This document shows positions 24,282 through 33,158 of a stretch of 45,920 nucleotides of DNA, piece after piece. The notes below the pieces were generated by a model. The model was given only the letters and a program-made list of their open reading frames with translations, did not search any database and was not told the origin of the DNA. The stretch's first letter is position 1. Each line of letters opens with the position of its first letter. The DNA comes from Actinomycetota bacterium (GTDB lineage: Bacteria; Actinomycetota; Acidimicrobiia; Spongiisociales; UBA5794), in contig JASJYA010000002.1 in assembly GCA_030125685.1 (NCBI GenBank), positions 1 through 45,920 of the forward strand, given 5' to 3'. The position numbers and the translations under genes were made by a program.

Positions 24282-25250
24282 TCAGCCAAGCTCCTCAAGG
24301 GCACGCCTTACGAAGACCGGGATCATTCGCGTCCGATAGCGGGAGGTGAGGTCTGTGTTGTTGAGGGGTCTGGCGAGCTTTCTCGCGGCCTCAGCAGCCT
24401 CAGCGATCGTTTCCGCGTTGTATGTCCGCCCCACCAGCACTTCCTCGGAAGTTGGAACCCGCAGAGGGGCGGAAGCGACTGCGCCGAGAACGATGCGGGC
24501 CTCGGTGCAGATGTCGGCGTCATCCAGTCGAACAGCAGCGGCGACTCCCAGGATGGGGAAGTCGATACTCCCCCGACGCCGCAGTTTGCGGTAGGTGGCT
24601 CGCAGACCGGCGTGGGGTCCGATAACCACCTCGGTGAGGATCTCCTCAGTTGTCTTGGTGAGGTAGGCCATGCCGTCGTTCCGGTACAGCTGCTCGATGG
24701 GGATGGAGCGCCGCCCGTCGGGACCGATGAGCTGCACCTCGGCGCCCAATGCGACCATCACCGGAGCGAGGTCGGAGCTGCTTACGGCCCAGCAGTCCTT
24801 CTTCGCCGGAGCGACCCAGCACATCTCCCCACCGGCTTTGAGGCACGGCTCGGCGGCTTGGCGCCAAGTGTCGGGAACGTTCAACCAGTCGCAGCGCGTG
24901 TCAACGCAGAGGTTTCCTCCCACCGTGCCCTGGTTGCGGATCTGCGGAGAAGCCACTGCCCCGGCTGCTTCCCGCAACACCTTGGGAAGCCGTGAATCTT
25001 CGACAACCGTCGCCAGTGTCGTGAGCGCGGCAATCCGGATGGTCCCATCGCTCTCGACACGAATCCCGACCAGGTCGGCGACCCGACGAAGGGAGACGAT
25101 GGTTCGAGCTGTCGGGTACTGACGGCGCTTGAGATTCGGAACAAGGTCGCTGCCGCCGGCAGCGAGGAGAGCGCCATCCTCAGCGAGCAGCGCTACTGCT
25201 TCCTCGAGCGTCGACGGCGCCTCATAGCGCAAGGGCGGGAGTCTTAGCAT
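24282..25250 (-). CDS. hcrB: FAD-binding medium subunit of a xanthine-dehydrogenase-family enzyme, HcrB type, with an extra Cys-rich (4Fe-4S) loop
   Basis: 322 aa. FAD_binding_5 pattern (AGGSDLVPNLK...GTVGGNL) followed by the insert CVDTRCDWLNVPDTWRQAAEPCLKAGGEMCWVAPAKKDC. The Cys residues at 120/136/144/153 are spaced X15, X7 and X8. Confidence 0.7.
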   Translation of the reverse strand: MLRLPPLRYEAPSTLEEAVALLAEDGALLAAGGSDLVPNLKRRQYPTARTIVSLRRVADLVGIRVESDGTIRIAALTTLATVVEDSRLPKVLREAAGAVASPQIRNQGTVGGNLCVDTRCDWLNVPDTWRQAAEPCLKAGGEMCWVAPAKKDCWAVSSSDLAPVMVALGAEVQLIGPDGRRSIPIEQLYRNDGMAYLTKTTEEILTEVVIGPHAGLRATYRKLRRRGSIDFPILGVAAAVRLDDADICTEARIVLGAVASAPLRVPTSEEVLVGRTYNAETIAEAAEAARKLARPLNNTDLTSRYRTRMIPVFVRRALEELG

Positions 25251-27625
25251 CAGACCGTTACCGCTTCCGGTGGTGGATCAACCCGCAGCGGTGAGCGAAA
25301 CGTGTAGTCGGGGAGATCCGTCGGCCCGTAACGGCCCGGCCCGCCCCGCTCCAGGTCGTCAAGAGCGGCGAGAACCTTGTCCGGCCGGAGCGGGATCGCG
25401 TCCAACCGGATACCGAGGGCGTCGTGGACGGCGTTTACCACCGCTGGGATAACCGGCAGGAGCGGGCCCTGGCCAACCTCCTTTGCGCCGAAAGGACCCT
25501 CTGCATCGATGGATTCAACGATGATGGACTCGACACGGGGCATCTCAAGAACGGTGGGGATCTTGTAGTCCAGCAGCGACGGGCCGCTGTGCAACGCTCC
25601 CCGGAAGGTCTGTTCCTCCATGAGGACCTCTCCGAGAGCCATATGGACGCTTCCTTCGATCTGGCCGCGGACAAGCAGGGGGTTGATAGCCCGACCGACA
25701 TCGTGGGCGAGCCACACTCTCTCAACCGATACGTGTCCGGTCTCCGGATCGCACTTGACGTCTGCGACGCATGCCGAGTACGAATACGCAGGTGACGGCC
25801 CGACACCTGCGCCCCGATAGTCACCCTTGATGTCCTTCGGGGGTTTGTAGGTTCCCGTCGTCACGAGGAGACCCCATCTTGCCTCGGCGATGCGTGCGGC
25901 TTCTGCCCATGGGATCTCACGATCACCCGCAACAACCACGCCATGGCCGATCTCCACGGCGTCCTGATCGATGTCGAGTTCGTCCGCAATGGCGGTGAGA
26001 ACAAGGTCGGTGAGCTTGAGAGCGGCTTCGAGGGCTGCGTTGCCGGCCATGAAGGTTACGCGGCTGGAGTACGACCCGAGGTCGACTGGCGTGAGGTCCG
26101 TGTCGGCGGTGATGACAACCAGGTCCGAGGGGTCGAGCCCGAGCGCTTCACCCACGACCGTGGCGAGCATGGTCGTCGACCCTTGCCCGCAGTCGGCGGC
26201 CATCGAGTAGACGGTCACACCGCCGCCACGGTCGACCTTGATCATCACTTCGGACTGGGGCATGTCGTTGAAGTAGATGGGCAGCCCAGCTCCAGACATG
26301 TAGGCCCCAATCGCAAAGCCAATGCCGTGGCCCTGGGGGAGATGGCGGCGCTTGTCGAGATACCCCGAATCTGCGACCACGCGATCAATGCACTCTGTCA
26401 GACCGCAGCTCGTGATCCGGAGGTGGTTCACGGTGACGGTGTTCGGTGACACGAGGTTCCGTTTCCGGATGGTCACCGGATCGAGGCCCAGGTCATCCGC
26501 TGCCTTGTCGAGGTGTACCTCGAGGCCAAACCGGGGTTGAGGGGTTCCGTGACCTCGTTTCGGACCACACGCTGGTTTGTTCGTGAACAGCCGAACCCCC
26601 TCGAATCGGTAGGCAGGGATGCGGTAGGTGATGGTCTGTAGCTGTCCGGTGTAGAGCAGGGAAGCTGCCCCGTAGCTGCCGTATGCGCCACCGTCGATGA
26701 ACGTCCTGAACGACATGGCGGTGATGCGTCCGTCGGACGTGAAGCCGGTCTTTACCCACATGAGCACCGGATGGCGGCCGCGGTGGGCGTAGAAGACCTC
26801 CTCCCTGGTGAGTACGAACTTCACTGGACGGCCGGTGATCAGTGCCATCTGCCCAGCGACGAGCTCATGGGAGAACACGTCAGTCTTCGCTCCGAAGCCG
26901 CCGCCCGTGGGAGTGGCCGTCACGCGGATTCGGCTCTCAGGCATCTCGAGAACCTTGGCAAGGATCCTGTGAAGATAGTGGGGGACCTGGGTGGAGGAGA
27001 AGACGTGGAGGCGCCCATCGTCTTCGACGACTCCAAGTGCCCCGTGAGCTTCGAGGGCGGCGTGGTTGTTTCCCTGGTAGAAAAACACATCCTCTCGTAT
27101 GTGGTATGCGATGTCGAAGCCGGCATCGACATCGCCGAACTCGAGTGATATCTCCCTGTCACGGTTGTTTCTTGGCCCGTCGCCGTGAATGGGTTCCTCC
27201 GTGGTCTCGACGGCTTCTGTCATCGTGGTGACAACCGGCAGGGACTCGTACGTGACTTCGATGAGTTCCATGGCCCGTTGAGCGATGTCTGGATGTTCGG
27301 CGGCGACTGCGGCGATGGGATCGCCGATGTGGCGAACCTTATCGACTGCCAGGGCGTGCTCATCCTGGCTCACCGGGAGCAGTCCGAAGGCCACCGGAAG
27401 ATCTTCACCGGTGAGAATCCCATGGACGCCGGGTAGCGCCTTGGCTGCGGAGGTGTCGACGGCGACGATTCGGGCATGTGCCTCGGTGGAGCGGAGGATC
27501 TTGCCATGAAGCATCCCTGAATATGAGAGGTCATCGAGGTACTTCACCCTGCCCGTGGCCTGGGCCAGCGCGTCGACACGGGGAGCCGCACGGCCGACGA
27601 TTCCGAGGTGTGGCTCGCTTCTCAC
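25250..27625 (-). CDS. hcrA: Molybdopterin-binding large subunit of a xanthine-dehydrogenase-family enzyme (4-hydroxybenzoyl-CoA reductase alpha-like)
   Basis: 791 aa with aldehyde oxidase/XDH a/b-hammerhead and MoCo-binding domains (GGGFGAK, ...GQIEGS..MALG, FGAKEVGQGPL). GTGA and ATGA overlaps join it to both neighbours. Confidence 0.7.
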   Translation of the reverse strand: MRSEPHLGIVGRAAPRVDALAQATGRVKYLDDLSYSGMLHGKILRSTEAHARIVAVDTSAAKALPGVHGILTGEDLPVAFGLLPVSQDEHALAVDKVRHIGDPIAAVAAEHPDIAQRAMELIEVTYESLPVVTTMTEAVETTEEPIHGDGPRNNRDREISLEFGDVDAGFDIAYHIREDVFFYQGNNHAALEAHGALGVVEDDGRLHVFSSTQVPHYLHRILAKVLEMPESRIRVTATPTGGGFGAKTDVFSHELVAGQMALITGRPVKFVLTREEVFYAHRGRHPVLMWVKTGFTSDGRITAMSFRTFIDGGAYGSYGAASLLYTGQLQTITYRIPAYRFEGVRLFTNKPACGPKRGHGTPQPRFGLEVHLDKAADDLGLDPVTIRKRNLVSPNTVTVNHLRITSCGLTECIDRVVADSGYLDKRRHLPQGHGIGFAIGAYMSGAGLPIYFNDMPQSEVMIKVDRGGGVTVYSMAADCGQGSTTMLATVVGEALGLDPSDLVVITADTDLTPVDLGSYSSRVTFMAGNAALEAALKLTDLVLTAIADELDIDQDAVEIGHGVVVAGDREIPWAEAARIAEARWGLLVTTGTYKPPKDIKGDYRGAGVGPSPAYSYSACVADVKCDPETGHVSVERVWLAHDVGRAINPLLVRGQIEGSVHMALGEVLMEEQTFRGALHSGPSLLDYKIPTVLEMPRVESIIVESIDAEGPFGAKEVGQGPLLPVIPAVVNAVHDALGIRLDAIPLRPDKVLAALDDLERGGPGRYGPTDLPDYTFRSPLRVDPPPEAVTV

Positions 27626-28086
27626 TGATTCTCCTCAGTCACAGCGGCGACTGCGCTGAGAATGGACAGGTATCCGGTGCATCGGCACATGTTCCCCGCG
27701 ATCGCCTCCGCGATTGTCTCCTCGGACGGGTTGGGGTCACGGTCGAGCAGTGCTTTCGCGGTGAGGATCATTGCGGGTGTGCAGTACCCACACTGTGCCG
27801 CGCCGTGTTCGCCGAAGGAGCGTTGCAGAGGGTGGGGCTCGGTCATCGAGCCGATCCCTTCGATGGTGACAATCTCGCAATCGGTTGCGTTGACGGTCAG
27901 CGTGAGGCAGGAGAGGATCGGCACGCCGTCGATGAGCACCGTGCAGGCGCCACACTCCCCCAGCTCACAGCCGTGTTTGGTTCCGGTAAGCCCGAGGTCT
28001 TCACGCACGGTTTCGAGCAGGGTGCGTTGGGGAGGGACGAAGAGGCGCCTGGTCGCGCCGTTCACTGTTAGTGTCACCGGTTCCAT
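27622..28086 (-). CDS. hcrC: [2Fe-2S]x2 small subunit of a xanthine-dehydrogenase-family enzyme (HcrC-like)
   Basis: 154 aa from the ATG at 28086 (SD GGGAGAG 4 nt upstream), with GCELGECGACTVLIDG and QCGYCTPAMIL...CRCTGY. The longer ORF to 28269 would overlap boxB; an alternative ATG lies at 28113. Confidence 0.8.
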   Translation of the reverse strand: MEPVTLTVNGATRRLFVPPQRTLLETVREDLGLTGTKHGCELGECGACTVLIDGVPILSCLTLTVNATDCEIVTIEGIGSMTEPHPLQRSFGEHGAAQCGYCTPAMILTAKALLDRDPNPSEETIAEAIAGNMCRCTGYLSILSAVAAVTEENQ

Positions 28087-28177
28087 CAACTCTCCCGAAA
28101 TGCGTTGCGTCATCGTAGCGGAGCGGAACCTGGCGCCCGGCGAGTACAGATCGGCGACACAAACCAGAGCGGCAGCC

Positions 28178-29647
28178 TCATACGGTGCCTGGGATTTGCA
28201 CGTACTCGAACTCGACCGGTTTCCCGCCGATACCCTTTTTCGGAGGGGCGATCCACGAGGCGAACTCACCCGGCGTCGTCACCTGCTGCATGAGTTCCTC
28301 GATGAATATCTTGTCGTCCTCGACCGGAAGGTACGAAGCGCGTCGCGAATTCCACGTGGCGGCGTCCAGGAACTCGCCTTCGGGGGTCACGTGGAGGCTG
28401 GCGAATTCCCCGACCTCACGGTGGAACGCGATGTGGGGGAGCCTGAGTTCGAAGTCGATGCCGGCTTCCGAGATGTAGCGATTCCATCGCCTCAGGCCGC
28501 CTGCGCAGTCCTCGACATAGTCGTCCCGAAGCCTGGCGTTGAGCGCGTTGAGGGCAGGCACCTCGACCGTGCGGAATTCGCCTTCGACATGTTTTGTGAC
28601 CGGGTACGTGGATCCGACAAGCTGGTGGTCATCATCTATCGAAGTCTCGTGATAGCGGCCCTTCACCCCGGAGTGGAACGCGCTTGCTGCGTTCGTCGAC
28701 TCCTCCGCACCGAAGAGGTCGAGCGTGAGGGAGAAGTGGAAATTGAGCTTGCGCAGAATGAGTGGCAGGTCGATGACCCCGAGCGACCGAATACGCTCCG
28801 TGTCGTGTGGGTCGTCGATGCCAGCATCTCGCATTGCCTCCACGGTTCGATTCACGATGCGGCCAACGCCTGTGGCTCCCACGAACATATGGTGAGCTTC
28901 TTCGGCAAGCATGAAACGACAGGTGCGCGAGAGTGGGTCGAAGCCGGACTGGGCGAGCGCCTCGAGCTGCATTTTTCCGTCGCGGTCGGTGAAGTAGGTG
29001 AACAGGAAAAACGACAGCCAGTCCGGTGTCTCCTCGTTGAAGGCTCCGAGCATCCGGGGACGGTCGGGGTCGCCGGAACGGCGGCGTAGCAACTCCTCGG
29101 CTTCCTCACGGCCATCCCGTCCGAAGTATCGTTGGAGGAGGTAGACCATCGCCCAGAGATGCCGACCCTCCTCGACGTTGACCTGGAAGAGGTTGCGCAT
29201 GTCGTAGAACGACGGAGCTGTACTTCCGAGGAAGCGCTGCTGCTCGACGGACGCTGGCTCGGTGTCGCCCTGAATGACAATGAGGCGCCGAAACATGGCG
29301 CGGTACGCCCCGGGAACCTCCTGCCAGGCCGGTTCCCCCTTGTGCTCACCGAAAGGAATTGTGCGTCCTTCCTCCGGTGGTGCCAGGAGAATTCCCCAGC
29401 GATATTCAGGCATTTTTACATAGTCGAACTTTGCCCAGCCGCCTTTCTCCACGCTTACCGCGGTGCGCAGCCATATCTCGGCTTCCTGGAATGGCGTCTC
29501 GGCGATGAAGCCGGTCGGTCCCATGTCGGACCACCATTCGAGGTACTTCGGATACCACTTCTCGAGCGCTCGCAGGAGCTTCTGGTCGTCGGCAAGCCCG
29601 ACGTTGTTCGGTATCAGCGTCGAGTAGTCGACAGTGTCAGCAGCCAT
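28178..29647 (-). CDS. boxB: Benzoyl-CoA 2,3-epoxidase (oxygenase) component B, diiron enzyme
   Basis: 489 aa. Long near-identical blocks match Azoarcus BoxB as I recall it (QGDTEPASVEQQR, NLFQVNVEEGRHLWAMVYLL, FGRDGREE, TPDWLSFF, TDRDGK.QL, EEAHH). Confidence 0.95.
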   Translation of the reverse strand: MAADTVDYSTLIPNNVGLADDQKLLRALEKWYPKYLEWWSDMGPTGFIAETPFQEAEIWLRTAVSVEKGGWAKFDYVKMPEYRWGILLAPPEEGRTIPFGEHKGEPAWQEVPGAYRAMFRRLIVIQGDTEPASVEQQRFLGSTAPSFYDMRNLFQVNVEEGRHLWAMVYLLQRYFGRDGREEAEELLRRRSGDPDRPRMLGAFNEETPDWLSFFLFTYFTDRDGKMQLEALAQSGFDPLSRTCRFMLAEEAHHMFVGATGVGRIVNRTVEAMRDAGIDDPHDTERIRSLGVIDLPLILRKLNFHFSLTLDLFGAEESTNAASAFHSGVKGRYHETSIDDDHQLVGSTYPVTKHVEGEFRTVEVPALNALNARLRDDYVEDCAGGLRRWNRYISEAGIDFELRLPHIAFHREVGEFASLHVTPEGEFLDAATWNSRRASYLPVEDDKIFIEELMQQVTTPGEFASWIAPPKKGIGGKPVEFEYVQIPGTV

Positions 29648-29662
29648 GGTTGGAGCTCTCCC

Positions 29663-31312
29663 TCAGGTTCGTTTGCGACCAAACTTGGGCCGGAGCCCTG
29701 TGCCGTAGCGCTGGAGGGCGCCGTCCGGACCCGAAGCATTGGGTCGTGTGAATATCCAGTTCTGCCAGGCGGTGAGCCTGCCAAATATCTTCGTCTCCAA
29801 GGTCTCAGGCCCGGGAAAGCGGAGGTTCGCCTCCATACCGGTGAGAGCATCAGGCGAGAACGACGCCCGCTCCTCGAGCGAGGTCCGCAGCTCGTCGTCC
29901 CAGTCGAGTTCGTCGTAGGCGAAAGTGATGAGCTCCGCGTCGAGCGCCTCCACGGCGCTGAGGTCCTTTCCCAATAGTGCTTCGGCCTGCTCACGAGTCT
30001 CGTCGCGTCCCCAGAAGCGGGTGGCGAGCCTGGTGAGGTGGTTGTCCATCGTGAGCGGACCGACGTTCATTGCGGTGAGGCGGAACTTCGGTGCGGGCAG
30101 ATCGGAACCCTCGAACGTTCCTTCGAGCATGTAACAACGGTCCGCGGAGAGAGCAAGCTCGGCGAGGCCGCCGACGAAGCAGCTTCCCGGTTCGATGAGA
30201 GCGAACGTCGATCGGGATGTCGCGTCGAGCCGCCGCAGTGTCCGTTTCAGGTACAGAACGATCTCCCGCACGGCCCAGTGATCGACATGTTTCAGAAGGA
30301 AGTCGTCGTGTGCAGCGACCAGGTCGGCGTCGCCCTCGGTCTTGAGCAGCCAGGTGCCGATCTCCCTCTCGTTGGTGCGCAGGTGCAGGATGGCGTCGTC
30401 GAGGGCTCGGGTCATCGCCAGAGGCCAGAACGCCGCACCCAGGGCAACGACCGCTTCGGGGTCTGCGGGTGGCGCTTCGCCTGGGCCGGAGACGATCAGG
30501 GTCGCGATACCCGCTCCGTGGTCGAGGTCGATGCGGAGGTGGGGGTATACGATCGCGTCTTCGGCTATTTCTCGCGCCAGCGGCGTCAGCTCGATACCGG
30601 GACCATGAGAGGGGCGGTCGCTTGTTGTCGTCATCTCTGCAAGGCGTTCGTCGACCAACTCGGCGAATCGTGAGGTGGGGATGATCTCGTCGACAAGACG
30701 CCACTCGACGGCACGCTGGCCCTTGATTCCCTCCTCGACGGTGCAGAACACATCAGCACGGTCACGGCGAACGAATCGTTTGTCAACCAGTCGGGTGAGG
30801 CCACCCGTTCCGGGCAACACAGCGAGAAGCGGCACCTCTGGAAGAGCGACGGTGGCACTGCCGTCATCGACAAGGATGATGTAATCGGTGGCGAGGGCGA
30901 GCTCGTATCCACCTCCGGCGGCGTTGCCTCTGAGGGCGGCAACGTAGCGCTGGCCCGAGTTGTTGCTTGCGTCCTCGATACCGTTTCGAGTTTCGTTCGT
31001 GAACTTGCAGAAATTCACCTTCTCAGGATGCGTGGAGCTGCCGAGCATCCGAATGTTCGCCCCCGCGCAGAAGATGCGTTCCTTGAGCGATTCGATCACG
31101 ACGACTTTCACCTCGGGGTGCTCGAAGCGGAGTCGCTGTACTGCGTCGTAGAGTTCGATGTCGACGCCGAGGTCGTAGGAATTCATCTTCAGCTCCCACG
31201 GGCCGAGCCCCCCTGCTTCGTCGACATCCATGCCGAGACGGGCAACATTGCCCTGAACGGTCAGCTTCCAGTGCCTGTAGCGATCTGGATGGGTGCGGAA
31301 GTCCACGTTCAT
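29663..31312 (-). CDS. boxC: Benzoyl-CoA-dihydrodiol (2,3-epoxybenzoyl-CoA) lyase
   Basis: 549 aa from the ATG at 31312 (MNVDFRTHPDRYRHWKL...LKMNSYDLGVDIELYDAVQRLRFEHPEV), a double crotonase. The 5' extension of the ORF to 31591 is implausible. Confidence 0.9.
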   Translation of the reverse strand: MNVDFRTHPDRYRHWKLTVQGNVARLGMDVDEAGGLGPWELKMNSYDLGVDIELYDAVQRLRFEHPEVKVVVIESLKERIFCAGANIRMLGSSTHPEKVNFCKFTNETRNGIEDASNNSGQRYVAALRGNAAGGGYELALATDYIILVDDGSATVALPEVPLLAVLPGTGGLTRLVDKRFVRRDRADVFCTVEEGIKGQRAVEWRLVDEIIPTSRFAELVDERLAEMTTTSDRPSHGPGIELTPLAREIAEDAIVYPHLRIDLDHGAGIATLIVSGPGEAPPADPEAVVALGAAFWPLAMTRALDDAILHLRTNEREIGTWLLKTEGDADLVAAHDDFLLKHVDHWAVREIVLYLKRTLRRLDATSRSTFALIEPGSCFVGGLAELALSADRCYMLEGTFEGSDLPAPKFRLTAMNVGPLTMDNHLTRLATRFWGRDETREQAEALLGKDLSAVEALDAELITFAYDELDWDDELRTSLEERASFSPDALTGMEANLRFPGPETLETKIFGRLTAWQNWIFTRPNASGPDGALQRYGTGLRPKFGRKRT

Positions 31313-31395
31313 GGCTGCGATCTTACCAGCGGGCAAGTCCGACGTTGTTGGGTGGGTGAGCAGATCTTGGGTGACCGCGCCAGGGGGAGTGTTGC

Positions 31396-31422
31396 TATGA
31401 TGCCGAACGGCATTACCGGCAT
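31396..31422 (+). promoter_or_regulatory. Candidate -10 element (TGcTATGAT) plus a direct repeat CGGCAT-tac-CGGCAT in the boxC/ligase divergent region
   Basis: Read directly: TATGAT at 31396-31401; CGGCAT at 31408-31413 and 31417-31422, 27 nt upstream of the ligase ATG. No convincing -35 element was found. Confidence 0.3.
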
Positions 31423-31448
31423 GCAGAGCAGACGGAAACGGAGATGCG

Positions 31449-33017
31449 ATGGACCACAACGTGACAGTGACGGCGGAGGAACTGACCTTCACTCCGGTCT
31501 TCAACGTCGCAGTTCCCTTCGTCGATCGGCACATCACAGAGGGTCGGGCAGGGAACATCGCCATTCGGACGACCTCCGGCGAAGAGGTCACCTACGGGGA
31601 CCTCGTGGACCGAGTGAACCGGGCCGGGAACGCCCTCCGAGGTATGGGCCTCGAAAAAGGGGACCGGATCCTCATGGTGGTCAAGGATGACCCCGTTTTC
31701 TACTACCTGTTCTGGGGCGCGATCAAGGCGGGATTCATCCCCGTTCCCCTCAACACGCTTCTGCGGGCGAAGGACTACGAGTTCATCATCGCGGACTCGC
31801 AGGCGACCGCGCTCATATGGTCCCCAGAGTATGACGAGGCAGTGATTCCGGCGCTGGGCGCCGTGTCGCCGGGTCCGGCGCACCGTATCCCAACGGAGGG
31901 GGAGGGGACGACGATCCGTTCCCTTCTCGAGGAGGCCTCGCCGAACCTGGAGGCTGTCGCCACGGCAGCTCTTGATGACTGCTTCTGGCTGTATTCGTCA
32001 GGGTCGACGGGTGACCCGAAAGGCGCGATCCATCGCCATCGCGACATGGTGGTGGCCTCCCAGCGTTACGGCGTCGAAACCCTGGGCGCCATGGAGGACG
32101 ATGTCTTCTTCTCCGCCGCAAAGCTGTTCTTCGCATACGGCCTCGGCAACGGCATGACGTTCCCTCTGTGGGTCGGTGGAACAGCAATCCTCTTTGACGG
32201 TCGCCCAACTCCTGAAACCACCTTTGACATCATCGGACGACTTGAGCCGACCCTGTATTTTGGCGTGCCAACGCTCTATGCGGCACAACTCGCCGCATTC
32301 GACGAGCTCGAGCCCGACACGTCGTCCGTGCGTTTGTGCGTCTCGGCCGGCGAGGCTCTGCCACCGGACATTCTTCGGCGCTGGAAGGAACACACGGGGC
32401 TCGACATCATTGATGGAATCGGGTCGACGGAGCTCCTTCACATCTTCATCTCAAACCTGCCGGGAGACATTCGGCCGGGCGCAACGGGCAAACCTGTTCA
32501 TGGGTACGACGCCCGGATCGTCGATGACGATGGCAACGATGTAGCCGTCGGGGAGGCGGGACGTCTTCTTGATCGCGGCGAATCGACGGCAAGGGCGTAC
32601 TGGAACAATCCTGAGAAGACGGCAGCGACGATGCTCGCTGATGGCTGGCTGGACACTGGCGACACCTACCTCCGTGACGAAGAGGGGTACTTCTACTACC
32701 AGGGCCGAAGCGACGACATGATGAAGGTCGGAGGGATCTGGACCTCACCGTTCGAGATTGAGGCGAAACTCATGGAGCATCCGCTTGTTCTTGAGGCGGC
32801 GATCGTCGGCCGCGAGGACGACGCTGGTCTTGTGAAGCCGGCCGCGTTCGTTGTCCTCACCGATTCCTCGGCGGAAGGTGAGGACCTGAAGGCGGAGCTG
32901 CGGGCTCTGTGCAGGAAGGATCTTGCTCCCTACAAGTACCCCCGCTGGATCGAGTTCGTCGCTGACCTGTCGAAGACCGCGACCGGCAAGATCCAGCGAT
33001 TCAAGCTCCGCGCCTAG
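31449..33017 (+). CDS. bclA: Benzoate-CoA ligase family (AMP-forming aryl-CoA ligase)
   Basis: 522 aa with the AMP-binding signature YSSGSTGDPKG, ...GEAL..., and the C-terminal KYPRWIEFV..L.KTATGKIQRFKLR. It is divergent from boxC, as in known box clusters. Confidence 0.8.
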   Translation: MDHNVTVTAEELTFTPVFNVAVPFVDRHITEGRAGNIAIRTTSGEEVTYGDLVDRVNRAGNALRGMGLEKGDRILMVVKDDPVFYYLFWGAIKAGFIPVPLNTLLRAKDYEFIIADSQATALIWSPEYDEAVIPALGAVSPGPAHRIPTEGEGTTIRSLLEEASPNLEAVATAALDDCFWLYSSGSTGDPKGAIHRHRDMVVASQRYGVETLGAMEDDVFFSAAKLFFAYGLGNGMTFPLWVGGTAILFDGRPTPETTFDIIGRLEPTLYFGVPTLYAAQLAAFDELEPDTSSVRLCVSAGEALPPDILRRWKEHTGLDIIDGIGSTELLHIFISNLPGDIRPGATGKPVHGYDARIVDDDGNDVAVGEAGRLLDRGESTARAYWNNPEKTAATMLADGWLDTGDTYLRDEEGYFYYQGRSDDMMKVGGIWTSPFEIEAKLMEHPLVLEAAIVGREDDAGLVKPAAFVVLTDSSAEGEDLKAELRALCRKDLAPYKYPRWIEFVADLSKTATGKIQRFKLRA

Positions 33018-33158
33018 CCAATAGGCGCACGACGACGGGGGCGAAGCGGCTGGCTCGAGGCCGAGAACCGGGTTATGAGCCCGATCTTCTTACGGTGGCG
33101 GGGCTTGTGTGCCAGACTGACTGGCGATGCGCCTTGTTCACAACTCAGTATCCATGCT

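Noticed and set aside
24032-24304. A 90-aa minus-strand ORF spanning the hcrB/had intergenic region.
   Set aside because: It starts inside the 3' end of hcrB, has Arg/Gln-rich low-complexity composition, and has no SD or recognisable family. The region is better interpreted as the had-oah-dch promoter/leader.
29663-31591. 5'-extended versions of ORFs in the supplied track: boxC to 31591, hcrC to 28269, moeA from 5344, the ATPase subunit from 13633, the ADH from 33075, livG from 37159, the thiolase to 43074, DUF35 to 43564, prpF to 41881 and the IPMS-like gene from 43620.
   Set aside because: The extensions overlap upstream genes or lack similarity to family N-termini. Internal starts have good SD sequences or stop/start coupling and give family-typical lengths.
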